Shown: positions 22,388 to 33,280 of the stretch, piece by piece | Layout of the letters: every line of letters begins with the position of its first letter | Position numbering within the stretch: the stretch's first letter is position 1 | DNA from: TPA_inf: Saccharomyces | Taxonomy: Eukaryota | NCBI GenBank assembly: GCA_000146045.2 | Contig: BK006939.2 | Span: 384,001-448,000, forward strand | Direction: 5' to 3' | Length of the DNA stretch: 64,000 bases | Notes under the pieces: generated by a model | Databases searched by the model: none | Told to the model about the DNA's origin: nothing | What the model saw: the letters and a program-made list of their open reading frames with translations, nothing else | Made by a program: the position numbers and the translations under genes

Positions 22388-23341
22388 TAAAGCGATTTTT
22401 ATACTTTTCTCTTTTTCCTTTTTTTTTTTGATTGGCTGTTTCCTTATGCCGCTCTTTCCCAATTTATGACTTTCCAATAATGTATTATTTTGTTTCTCTT
22501 TCTCTCTGTTACCCTTTATTTTATCATCTACAATAATTGAATTCCGGAGAGGGTAAAGAAACAGGAAAAAGAAGAAAATGAGACATAGTCAGCATCGTAA
22601 TCGTTTTCCTTCTGTATATTCCTTTATCAAAAGACTACACGCACATATATATTAATCCCGGTATGTTTTTGGTGTGCTAAATCTATCTTCAAGCACTATT
22701 ATAGCATTTTTTTAAGAATATCCAAAATAATATGTAATTTATGATTAATCAAGGTTCAAGAATTGGAGAAACCGTGAGCGACTTCTTTGATACTTGGATG
22801 TAAGCTTTTATTTAGTTGCTTTTTCGTTTTCTTTTATTTACGCCCTTGTTTTGCGTGTATACTTTACTTTTCTAATTCACTTGAGAGCGGGACTATATAT
22901 AAAAAAATGCACAATTACAAACTTGAGAATGAATGCATATCGTGAAGATTTTGATATTAAATTAAGAAGCCAAAAAAACGTAGGCAACCATAACAAATTT
23001 CGGCATTGAACTTGATTCTAAATGCTACATACAATTACGCGCGCTGTTTTGATATACACACACATATATATATATATACATTGTGTAAGAAAAATTCAAA
23101 GCTTAGTAAAACATACAGATCATGGAGAAAAAAAAAAAACCGAATACTTGTGTTACCAGAAGGATCCACTGACTGGACTTGGGTCACAATTTGAATTTTA
23201 TTGATTTTCACCTTCATCAAGGAGGATGGTCGTTAGTAATAAAGGGCATTCTGAGTGACAGACAAAGAAATTATCTTCAAAGAAATGTTACTTTGATTCA
23301 TTGATATGTTATTTGTTTTTATTTGAAAGCACTCAAGGAAA

Positions 23342-25063
23342 CTAGACAACAGTAGTATCAATAGTAGATCCACTTAAATGCACATCATTTACAGAATACA
23401 TCCTCTTTGTGAAGACGATATCCTCTTGGTCATCATTCAATCTACCTTCGCTAACAGTATTTGCTGAAGAACAATCCCAATTACCAGAATTTGAGAACAT
23501 ATCATCAGATGTTTCTGTCATACTATGGTCACTCTCATTGGATAATGATAACATAGAAGAATCAGATATTCCACTCTTCCCAGTACCATTACCATCGATT
23601 ATTTTACCGGTATCGACATTGAATTGAACTTGACAAATTTGATGTAATCCCAGTTCACAAAAATTGTCAAGAGTTACTAAACTTCCATCGTTTGCCATAT
23701 CAAGGAATAAAAATCCACATCCTTTTCCATTGGCCTTAGTGTCATTGCTCTTCAAGCAAATATTTTTATCACTCATACCACTCACAATAATGTTTCCACA
23801 TTGGAAGACTTGCTTGGTTAATAGTAGTTCACTTTCACTATCTAGGCTAATTGAGTTAAATCCATGGACTAACTCACCATATTTCATGTTTTGTAGGTTT
23901 TGTAAATCCCAACAAATGACAAAGCCTTGGTCATCACTGCTATATAACGCGCCTGTGTTTTCGTTAAATTTTAGACTTTCAATGTATCCTTTCTTAGCAT
24001 ATAATTCACAAACTGGTTTACCGTCGCAGGATTGAATGTCCCAAATTTGAATTTTATCGTTCAAGCTCTGTGCAACGTGATGATTACTTATCCATACGCA
24101 ATCCAAACTTGTGTTCTTTCTTTGCAAATGGTCTTTTCCACATCCTGCAGATATGCTATTATCTAAAATATCTGGAATATAGAGATTTGTTCTCAAATCA
24201 AGCAGCGAGATGCCATTTGGTCCAAATTTTGAGCCAACTAAGGCCAGTAAGAAGGGATCATGGAATTCATTAACGGCAAAAGAATTTATACCTGGATATG
24301 ATTGCAAAAAAATAGGTGTTTTTATGCAATCAAGATTTGATTTCAAGTCATATATAAAGAGGGAGTCATTTAGAAGGGAAACAAAACCGGTCTTGTTCCA
24401 TGGCGAAACCTTCAAAATAGGTGCTGTTTTTGGCGTTATTTCCAGAATCGGAATCGACGTTGATACGGTAGATTTTAGAAACTTGTTGTGGTTAAACCTT
24501 TTTATTATTTTAGCACATCCCTTATATGTTGAAGTTGCTATCAGATTGACTATACCGTCTTGATGACCTGTCAATATTAATTGGTTGTGGTTAGGATTTA
24601 TTTGAGAGCTGGGGAAAATCTGTGGCGGAAAATCTACCATGGGCAATAAGCAGATACAAGTAATGGGTTTACCGGGAACAGTAATCGTCTGTAGTTCCTT
24701 CAGCTTTTTCTCAGCGGAAATTTCAAAAAGTTTCAAGTTGTCTTTCTCGTTCATTGTAGATACTAGAAGTATATTATCCACAATGGACATGTCTGAAGGT
24801 ATGGATAACTCACTTTCATCAACACCGTACAGTTTCCAATAATCTGATTTTAATTTTTTAGTTGTATAATAGTCATTGAAGTTGTCTGATGCTTTTCGCA
24901 AAATCGGTGAATTCATTTTCGAAGTATTGTTTTGCCACGTTTTTTTGTATGTGGATAAAGTCATCATCGATTGTAAAATCCTCTTTTTATCTGATCTCTT
25001 CTTTATATTAATAGCAGGCTGACGAAAAATATTTGTTGGTTCGTAGTATTTGGTATCTTGCAT
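23342..25063 (-). CDS. DSE1: Dse1, daughter-specific expression protein (WD-repeat-like).
   Basis: The track ORF starts upstream at a non-ATG codon. The first ATG gives MQDTKYYEPTN..., 573 aa. Confidence 0.8.
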   Translation of the reverse strand: MQDTKYYEPTNIFRQPAINIKKRSDKKRILQSMMTLSTYKKTWQNNTSKMNSPILRKASDNFNDYYTTKKLKSDYWKLYGVDESELSIPSDMSIVDNILLVSTMNEKDNLKLFEISAEKKLKELQTITVPGKPITCICLLPMVDFPPQIFPSSQINPNHNQLILTGHQDGIVNLIATSTYKGCAKIIKRFNHNKFLKSTVSTSIPILEITPKTAPILKVSPWNKTGFVSLLNDSLFIYDLKSNLDCIKTPIFLQSYPGINSFAVNEFHDPFLLALVGSKFGPNGISLLDLRTNLYIPDILDNSISAGCGKDHLQRKNTSLDCVWISNHHVAQSLNDKIQIWDIQSCDGKPVCELYAKKGYIESLKFNENTGALYSSDDQGFVICWDLQNLQNMKYGELVHGFNSISLDSESELLLTKQVFQCGNIIVSGMSDKNICLKSNDTKANGKGCGFLFLDMANDGSLVTLDNFCELGLHQICQVQFNVDTGKIIDGNGTGKSGISDSSMLSLSNESDHSMTETSDDMFSNSGNWDCSSANTVSEGRLNDDQEDIVFTKRMYSVNDVHLSGSTIDTTVV

Positions 25064-25306
25064 AATATTAATACGTGTCACTCTCACTATCACACCTACA
25101 ATCAAATTTTTTAGCAAACACAGATTAAAATTTGGAAGTCATGCAAGAAGAAGAAGCCAAAAGATAGTTTGAGGAAAGCTTGGGAGAGATATTTCTACCT
25201 TTTTATATATTGTAAAACGTTTACGCACTTATTTATGTAAACCAGTAAGCACCCACCCAGCTATGTCGTCATGACTACAAATTGGTTATGAACCAAGCCT
25301 TATTCA

Positions 25307-25660
25307 GTAAACCAGCAAATTTAACATCATGCCGGCATTGAATCATACATAGAAATCAACACAATAGCTTTGAGAACTGAGAATGTAGCTTTGACGCTGC
25401 TATTATTATTTGGTATTGTTTACCTTTTAATGTTTATTTGTTTAGAAAACAGACTGCTGGTTTGTTTACATTTGAGAGCAGAAAAAAAAAATTGCTGGCG
25501 CAGACCAGCCGCACAGTCACGTGACAGTATACGATCATGTGATCTTACGTACATAATGACATTATACGAGAAAGGGGAAAAAACAAAAATTTAGTGGAAA
25601 TTTTTGGTAAAGACCAAATTGCAGTGATCTTCATGGTGAAAGGTAATATTTTTTGCTGGC
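25307..25660. promoter_or_regulatory. Cluster of Ace2/Swi5-type CCAGC sites in the DSE1 / RSP5 divergent promoter.
   Basis: AACCAGCA at 25309-25316, GCTGGT at 25456-25461, GCTGGC at 25497-25502, ACCAGC at 25507-25512 and GCTGGC at 25655-25660. Confidence 0.4.
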
Positions 25661-26188
25661 GGGGGAGGGGGCTTCTATCTCGACAATTAAAAGACATACG
25701 CTTAACCATTTTTAGGGTACTCGAGTATCGCATCTGCTAATTGATAAAAGGACTTTGTTGTGTTTTGAGGCTGTTTTCCATTTTCTTCGTTAGAGCTACA
25801 AGAGTCGACTTTTTCGTTAAACAAAAACGATTATAAGATAATAAGCGCTGTCAGTTTTTTCCACAGTTTTGGACTTGTTACTATAATTCGTGAAGCACAT
25901 TTTGCAAGTGAGTCAAAATTTCAGTTCAGTCCTTCTTTAGAAGAGTGAGTGCGTAGCAAATAAAACAGCAGGAAATAATTGCTTGTTTTTGTGTGTAAGT
26001 ACCTTTTAGTTGGAACTACCGAATATAGTGTTATTCGACTTTCACTTTCATAAGCCACAGCTTTTTCTTAGTGCGTTTTTAGTTCGATAAATTTACCAAA
26101 AACTATTTTCCCCTTTTCTTATTCCCTTTTCTTTGTTAGCTTGGGTATTATATTTAAAGTAACAGAAAGGAAAGAAAAAAGAAAAAAA

Positions 26189-28618
26189 ATGCCTTCATCC
26201 ATATCCGTCAAGTTAGTGGCTGCAGAGTCATTATATAAGAGGGACGTATTCCGTTCCCCGGATCCGTTTGCTGTTCTGACTATTGATGGTTACCAAACCA
26301 AATCTACATCCGCAGCGAAGAAAACGTTAAATCCCTACTGGAATGAGACTTTCAAATTCGACGATATCAATGAAAATTCTATTTTAACCATCCAAGTCTT
26401 TGATCAAAAGAAATTTAAAAAGAAGGATCAAGGGTTTCTTGGCGTGGTTAACGTCCGCGTGGGTGATGTTTTGGGCCATTTGGATGAAGATACTGCTACA
26501 TCGAGTGGTAGACCTCGCGAAGAAACTATTACTCGTGATTTAAAAAAATCTAATGACGGAATGGCCGTCAGCGGTAGGTTGATTGTTGTTTTATCAAAAC
26601 TACCTTCGTCAAGTCCGCATTCACAAGCTCCTTCTGGCCATACTGCATCTTCTAGTACGAATACAAGTTCAACTACTCGAACAAATGGTCATTCTACTTC
26701 CTCCACCCGTAATCATTCAACGTCTCATCCTTCCAGAGGCACCGCGCAAGCAGTAGAATCAACTCTTCAAAGCGGTACAACAGCTGCTACTAATACGGCA
26801 ACAACCAGTCACCGTTCCACCAATTCCACATCCAGTGCTACCAGACAATACTCTTCGTTTGAAGACCAGTATGGTCGTTTACCCCCTGGTTGGGAGAGAA
26901 GGACCGATAACTTTGGTCGTACATATTACGTCGATCATAACACAAGGACTACCACTTGGAAACGTCCAACGCTCGATCAAACAGAAGCCGAACGTGGCAA
27001 CCAATTAAATGCAAATACTGAGTTAGAGAGAAGGCAGCATAGGGGAAGAACTTTACCTGGTGGATCATCAGATAATTCCTCTGTAACAGTTCAAGTGGGA
27101 GGTGGTTCCAATATACCTCCTGTTAATGGTGCAGCAGCAGCAGCGTTTGCAGCTACAGGTGGTACCACATCTGGTTTAGGCGAATTACCTTCAGGCTGGG
27201 AGCAGCGATTTACTCCAGAAGGAAGAGCTTATTTCGTTGACCATAATACTAGAACAACCACTTGGGTGGATCCAAGGAGACAACAGTATATACGTACTTA
27301 TGGCCCTACAAATACCACCATTCAGCAACAACCGGTCTCCCAATTAGGTCCTTTGCCTTCTGGATGGGAAATGAGATTGACCAATACGGCACGTGTATAT
27401 TTCGTTGACCACAATACAAAAACAACGACCTGGGATGACCCAAGACTTCCATCATCGCTAGACCAAAATGTTCCACAATACAAGCGTGACTTCAGACGTA
27501 AGGTTATTTATTTCAGGTCCCAGCCCGCTCTTAGAATATTGCCGGGACAATGTCATATTAAAGTACGTAGAAAGAACATTTTTGAGGATGCTTATCAAGA
27601 AATTATGAGACAAACCCCAGAAGATTTAAAGAAAAGATTAATGATCAAGTTTGATGGTGAGGAAGGTTTAGATTACGGTGGTGTTTCCAGAGAATTTTTC
27701 TTTTTATTATCACATGAGATGTTTAATCCATTTTATTGTTTGTTTGAATATTCTGCGTATGACAACTATACCATTCAAATAAATCCTAACAGTGGCATCA
27801 ACCCCGAACATTTGAACTATTTCAAATTCATTGGTAGAGTTGTGGGTCTTGGTGTTTTCCATAGAAGATTTTTGGATGCATTCTTTGTAGGTGCACTTTA
27901 CAAAATGATGCTACGTAAAAAAGTCGTATTGCAAGATATGGAAGGTGTTGACGCAGAGGTGTATAACTCATTAAACTGGATGCTTGAGAATAGTATAGAT
28001 GGTGTCTTGGATCTGACGTTCAGTGCCGACGATGAAAGATTCGGTGAAGTTGTAACAGTGGATTTGAAGCCAGATGGGAGAAATATTGAAGTTACTGATG
28101 GTAATAAGAAAGAATATGTCGAATTATATACCCAATGGAGAATTGTTGATAGAGTTCAAGAACAATTTAAGGCATTCATGGATGGTTTTAACGAATTAAT
28201 CCCCGAAGACTTAGTAACTGTGTTTGATGAGCGTGAACTAGAACTATTGATCGGTGGTATTGCGGAAATTGACATTGAAGATTGGAAGAAACACACTGAT
28301 TATCGTGGTTACCAAGAGTCAGACGAGGTCATTCAATGGTTTTGGAAGTGTGTCAGTGAATGGGATAATGAACAAAGAGCCCGTTTATTGCAGTTCACCA
28401 CTGGTACTTCTCGTATACCTGTCAACGGGTTTAAAGATTTGCAAGGCTCTGATGGTCCAAGAAGATTCACTATTGAAAAAGCTGGTGAAGTACAACAATT
28501 GCCAAAATCTCACACATGTTTTAACAGAGTTGATTTGCCACAATACGTTGATTATGACAGCATGAAACAGAAGCTAACATTGGCCGTGGAAGAAACCATA
28601 GGGTTTGGTCAAGAATGA
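26189..28618 (+). CDS. RSP5: Rsp5 NEDD4-family HECT ubiquitin ligase (C2 + 3 WW + HECT).
   Basis: The track start is a TTG. The ATG at 26189 gives [19 protein letters not shown]..., 809 aa. Three WW motifs ([27 protein letters not shown] and two similar) are followed by a HECT domain ending GFGQE. Confidence 0.9.
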   Translation: MPSSISVKLVAAESLYKRDVFRSPDPFAVLTIDGYQTKSTSAAKKTLNPYWNETFKFDDINENSILTIQVFDQKKFKKKDQGFLGVVNVRVGDVLGHLDEDTATSSGRPREETITRDLKKSNDGMAVSGRLIVVLSKLPSSSPHSQAPSGHTASSSTNTSSTTRTNGHSTSSTRNHSTSHPSRGTAQAVESTLQSGTTAATNTATTSHRSTNSTSSATRQYSSFEDQYGRLPPGWERRTDNFGRTYYVDHNTRTTTWKRPTLDQTEAERGNQLNANTELERRQHRGRTLPGGSSDNSSVTVQVGGGSNIPPVNGAAAAAFAATGGTTSGLGELPSGWEQRFTPEGRAYFVDHNTRTTTWVDPRRQQYIRTYGPTNTTIQQQPVSQLGPLPSGWEMRLTNTARVYFVDHNTKTTTWDDPRLPSSLDQNVPQYKRDFRRKVIYFRSQPALRILPGQCHIKVRRKNIFEDAYQEIMRQTPEDLKKRLMIKFDGEEGLDYGGVSREFFFLLSHEMFNPFYCLFEYSAYDNYTIQINPNSGINPEHLNYFKFIGRVVGLGVFHRRFLDAFFVGALYKMMLRKKVVLQDMEGVDAEVYNSLNWMLENSIDGVLDLTFSADDERFGEVVTVDLKPDGRNIEVTDGNKKEYVELYTQWRIVDRVQEQFKAFMDGFNELIPEDLVTVFDERELELLIGGIAEIDIEDWKKHTDYRGYQESDEVIQWFWKCVSEWDNEQRARLLQFTTGTSRIPVNGFKDLQGSDGPRRFTIEKAGEVQQLPKSHTCFNRVDLPQYVDYDSMKQKLTLAVEETIGFGQE

Positions 28619-29393
28619 TTATTCCGCACCAATTTTTTTTTTATTTATGGTGTCCGTTTTCCCAACATTCTTTCTGCCTCAATCATCTTGTTTTATATTT
28701 CAGCTAACAATAGTAAAGAGAAAACTCTTTTTTGTTAATTTTATCTGAGTTGCTCATGAAATGATTAATCATTGTTGTTTTTACAGCAACATGGAAAGCA
28801 GCAAAGAAAATGCAGGAAAACGTGAAGTGCTTTTTTTGATGATTACGCAAAGTTCTTTTCAAGTTCGCCATAAGAGGAGGTTTTCCTTTTCAAAAGGAGC
28901 ATGATACCAATAATTTATATTGCCTTACGCCTCTTATTTTTTATATCCTCTTTTTAGATTTTATTAATTTTTTTTTTTATTTATATACATATAATGTGCC
29001 CTGCTTTTTACAACCATACGTTTTTTGTTTTTTAATTTTCTTGCATTTTAAAACTGAATAGTGACCTGGGTATTATACTACAGTTGAAATTGCTCTCGTG
29101 AGGTACATACTTGAAACGAGCGTACTAGGCAATCCCTCTCTTGCCAGTCACCTACACACGGAGAGTATCGGTTATTTGTCGTGAGGAAAAAAGAACCGGA
29201 TAATAAATTCTTGATTTGTTATATTGTACAGAGAATGACGAGAAGTAAAAAGAGAAACCCGAACAGGACAGAGCGTACATTTTTTATATACCTGTTCTTT
29301 TGTGCTTGTAGACGTATATCGTATTATTAAATTAAAAGTAAACCTAATTTGAACCATCGAGATAAAAAAAAAAAAAACGGAGCACTTTTTTGC

Positions 29394-30179
29394 TCATACA
29401 AGCAAAACCGCATTGACACAGCCGTCTCTGTCTGGTTCGTTTGTGACCTGAGCATACTTACCCCAGACAACTTTACCACCAGCAGTAACCATCCCCAATT
29501 CCGAAACGTTAACTTCAATAATGGTACCTTTAGTCAAAACACCTAACTGAGTGTACATTGGAGATTGTGGATTCTTCTTAACTGCCAAAATTGGCAAGAA
29601 GACAGTTACACCTAATTCCGGATGAGTGACGTTTGCCTTTTTCTGTCTCAACGCACTTGGTCTGATGATTCTTTCCATTTTAACTGGTCTTCTAGTGAAA
29701 CCTTCACCCACAAAAGTGTGTTTCGTTATCATTCTCTTCCATGACTTGGATCTAGATTTACCTGTTTTAATAACTTTGAACATTTCTTCTTCACTTATAC
29801 CACGAACCTTTGGTAACGGAACTGAAAACTTATCAGCTTTTTCCAACCTCTTTTGTTTGATCGATGAAGAAATAGCTTTGGCTGTGTTATTTTGTTCTCT
29901 GTCCAATAGATATGTCGGCAAAGCATCACCATCGGTATCCAATGGTTTGGATGAACCCTTGACCTTAGATTGTTCATGTGCCTTAATCTTCTTTCTCATT
30001 GATACCTTTTCAGCATATCTCTTCTTAGCAAATTGCTTACCCTTCCAACCAGTCAACTTCTGGGCCCGTTCAGAAATCTTATGAGACTCTCTTGCCTCTC
30101 TCTTACGTTTCCTTTCTTCGTGATCTAATCTTTTACCATGCTGTTTGATGTGACGCTCGATATAATCGTTTTGAGGCAT
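29394..30179 (-). CDS. NSA2: Nsa2 (TINP1) pre-60S ribosome biogenesis factor.
   Basis: A 261 aa [32 protein letters not shown]..., with a ribosomal S8e-like fold. Confidence 0.9.
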   Translation of the reverse strand: MPQNDYIERHIKQHGKRLDHEERKRKREARESHKISERAQKLTGWKGKQFAKKRYAEKVSMRKKIKAHEQSKVKGSSKPLDTDGDALPTYLLDREQNNTAKAISSSIKQKRLEKADKFSVPLPKVRGISEEEMFKVIKTGKSRSKSWKRMITKHTFVGEGFTRRPVKMERIIRPSALRQKKANVTHPELGVTVFLPILAVKKNPQSPMYTQLGVLTKGTIIEVNVSELGMVTAGGKVVWGKYAQVTNEPDRDGCVNAVLLV

Positions 30180-30303
30180 TGTTTCGTTGTATATATCAGT
30201 ATTGATACGAGACTGACTACTGACTAAAGATAAAAACGCCAGATACGAAAACCAAGTTCTTCTCTAACTGATACCTAATCCATTCAATTGTCTTAAAAGT
30301 GCA

Positions 30304-30412
30304 TCTCATCGCTGTCCGGAAAATTTTTCATCGGATTGTTACTAGAACCGTTGCCGACGACATAAAATTTTTTACGCCTTTCCTGCAAGGTTGAAGAAAA
30401 GAAACCGATGAG
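30304..30412. promoter_or_regulatory. PAC and RRPE ribosome-biogenesis promoter motifs in the NSA2 / LCP5 divergent promoter.
   Basis: A PAC motif on the reverse strand (GCGATGAG, at 30304-30311), RRPE AAAATTTTT at 30319-30327 and 30364-30373, and a second PAC-like CGATGAG at 30406-30412. Confidence 0.5.
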
Positions 30413-30480
30413 CTATACCATTCTAAAGTGTCAAAAGAGATGAAGAAATTAAAATTGTCAACTAACACACAAATCCAAGA

Positions 30481-31554
30481 ATGTCTGAACTTAATGCATT
30501 ATTAAAAGATATCAACGGCTCGCTCACTGCGACATCAGAATCCTTGGAGAGGTTGTCTGGGATTTATAGTAATTCTGCGACCGATGAGATTCCTGAAAGT
30601 AACCAACTACATGAGCATCTATTTTACGACGCTAAGAAGCCTGCTGAGAAAGTATCGCTGCTATCCTTAAAAAATGGGAGCATGCTAGGGTACATAAATT
30701 CTCTATTGATGCTTATAGGCAATAGGCTAGACGACGAGTGCAAAGATCCTTCTGCTATGGATGCACGTGAACGCTCTATTCAACACCGTGTGGTATTAGA
30801 GCGTGGTGTTAAACCACTAGAAAAAAAGTTGGCTTACCAATTGGACAAGCTGACTAGAGCATATGTGAAAATGGAAAAGGAATATAAAGACGCTGAGAAG
30901 CGTGCACTGGAAAAATCTACCTTAGTGAATCATAGCGGCAACGACGATAGCGAAGATGATGAGTCTAGTGAGGATGAAATAGCATACAGGCCAAATACCT
31001 CTGGAATTATCAACACAAATAAAAAATCATCAGCATACAGGGTGGAGGAAACGGCTAAGCAAGAAAACGGGGAAGAAAACGATGACAATGAGACTGGCGT
31101 GTATAAACCACCAAAGATTACGGCTGTTCTACCACCGCAACAAACGCATTTTGAAGATAGATTCGATGCCAGAGAACACAAAGATCGTAGTAACAAATCG
31201 CGTATGCAAGCCATGGAAGAATATATTAGAGAGTCATCGGACCAACCGGACTGGAGTGCATCTATTGGTGCTGACATTGTGAACCATGGAAGAGGCGGTA
31301 TCAAATCTTTGAGAGACACAGAGAAGGAACGTAGAGTCACTTCATTCGAAGAAGATAATTTTACCAGATTGAATATTACAAATAAAGCTGAAAAAAGGAA
31401 GCAAAAGCAACGAGAAAGAAATGCAAGGATGAACGTTATCGGTGGTGAAGATTTTGGTATATTCAGCTCAAAGAGGAAGCTGGAAGATAGCACTTCGAGA
31501 CGTGGGGCCAAGAAGACTCGTTCTGCCTGGGATAGAGCTCAAAGGAGACTGTAG
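30481..31554 (+). CDS. LCP5: Lcp5 U3 snoRNP / SSU processome protein.
   Basis: A 357 aa ORF, charged, with a Sas10/Utp3-like C-terminus. Its position and length match LCP5. Confidence 0.8.
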   Translation: MSELNALLKDINGSLTATSESLERLSGIYSNSATDEIPESNQLHEHLFYDAKKPAEKVSLLSLKNGSMLGYINSLLMLIGNRLDDECKDPSAMDARERSIQHRVVLERGVKPLEKKLAYQLDKLTRAYVKMEKEYKDAEKRALEKSTLVNHSGNDDSEDDESSEDEIAYRPNTSGIINTNKKSSAYRVEETAKQENGEENDDNETGVYKPPKITAVLPPQQTHFEDRFDAREHKDRSNKSRMQAMEEYIRESSDQPDWSASIGADIVNHGRGGIKSLRDTEKERRVTSFEEDNFTRLNITNKAEKRKQKQRERNARMNVIGGEDFGIFSSKRKLEDSTSRRGAKKTRSAWDRAQRRL

Positions 31555-31858
31555 ATACAAAAAGTTTATTTTCTTATATCCTAAAGCGTTTATAGACTTA
31601 ATATTTAAAAGTTAAATATAAATGAAGGGCACTGGTATATAAGCTATTAAAAACAAGAATTTTGGCTTTCACGACATTAACGTGTGAGAGGTTTAGGCAC
31701 CATTGCCTTTATGATTATTAGTCCCTCCAGAATAAACTCTACCTTTTTTTTTCTTTTTTTTTTTTATAGTCCTAAGCAGAACATGACTAAATCGCCATAA
31801 ATTAACAATATAGTGGGAATAAGGCACACCAGAAGTGCCACGATATAGTATATATACA

Positions 31859-32470
31859 ATGATAAATGAGTACGTTGCCAGAAAGGTCGCTCTAAAGGAC
31901 ATGCAACCATGTGCGATCTGTAGCAAACCATCCACTACCGTCCTTTACAACGCATCTGGTCCAGATTGGCTATATACATGCGAAATACATTTACAAGATA
32001 ATCCACAATTTGTCATTCCCCTCTATAGTACAGAGTATAATGAAGCCGTGGCTCAATTAAAACTAGTAAAGGGGAAAATGGATAGTCTGACATCAGCTCA
32101 AACCCAATTAGGGTCCTGGGATGGTTGGGTTACTAAAATATTCTCCAAGAAAGAAAAGGAGACAAATAACTCTAAAGACCCTGATCCAACTACAACCGAC
32201 TCTACTGATACATCTCCACAGGCTAAGAACGATGCAGAAATCTTGTCAGAAACAAAGAAACAGTACAGCAAAATACTTGACAAAGTTACAGAACTGCAAA
32301 GGAAAAACAGAAAATACGAACTAGCAAAAATCATGTTTGAAAGCAGACTCCTAAGAAAAAGAACAGAACAAGTAAATCGCGAACGATACCTCAAGGAGCA
32401 AGAGAATTACTCTAATACGGATCCTGAAGAACTGCTTCGAAAACACGTGTTCCCCTCCGTTCCAAAATAA
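31859..32470 (+). CDS. VFA1: Vfa1 (Vps4-associated protein).
   Basis: The track start is a GTG. The ATG at 31859 gives MINEYVARKVALKDMQPCAICSKPSTT..., 203 aa. Confidence 0.7.
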   Translation: MINEYVARKVALKDMQPCAICSKPSTTVLYNASGPDWLYTCEIHLQDNPQFVIPLYSTEYNEAVAQLKLVKGKMDSLTSAQTQLGSWDGWVTKIFSKKEKETNNSKDPDPTTTDSTDTSPQAKNDAEILSETKKQYSKILDKVTELQRKNRKYELAKIMFESRLLRKRTEQVNRERYLKEQENYSNTDPEELLRKHVFPSVPK

Positions 32471-33280
32471 GGACGCAACGGTTGGACCGTTCCTCTTCCT
32501 ATGGCCTAATACCCATGAACTATTGATTATATAGTATATAAAACTCACCATGGATTATCTATTCATGGTTCGTAACCAAAAGCTAAATGCTCATCACATT
32601 CTAAAGATCACAAAATAAAATCAACACGTATCAAGCGACTAAATTGTAGCTAATTTTTTTCTTTCTTTCCAGGGAAGGCAGAAAGTGTGAGTGATGTTTG
32701 TATTTCTGACAAGCTGTTGAGAGCAGGCAAATGGTGCTTCATCAAGTTAAATAATCATCGTTGAACGACTTCAAATTAACAGCGGCTTGTTCCTTCGTTC
32801 CCTTCATATTCATCACTGAGCGTAGAAAGCTAACGTATTACTCTTTTTTTTGGAAAGGGAGTCAATTGACGCTTAAAGACTAGTCATTTTGTTTAGAAAA
32901 AGTCTTATATTTATTTCTGCAGGTGGCAACATACTAGCATATGGAAAAAGTTTAGGTAACGAATTTTGATCAAACTAAATCTCACTTCTGAACTGACTAC
33001 ATATTCTTTATTTAAGGAGTTGACATTTTTCATTTATCCAGTCACAATTTTAAAAGCACTTCGTTAACACGTTTGGTTGTCCTTATTTTTGCATTGTGAT
33101 TATATCAGGCGGCATTAAGTGAAGTATACCTTGTGACCTGAAGATTTACTTTGGAAAGTAATTGATGTTTTAAGACAGTACCGGTTTCCTTTTTTTTTAT
33201 TTGGATTTTTTGTCAGTAAGAATTTGTAATTATAGATTAAGATAAAACGAAAAGAAGCATATTAATAAGGAGTTTTGAAC

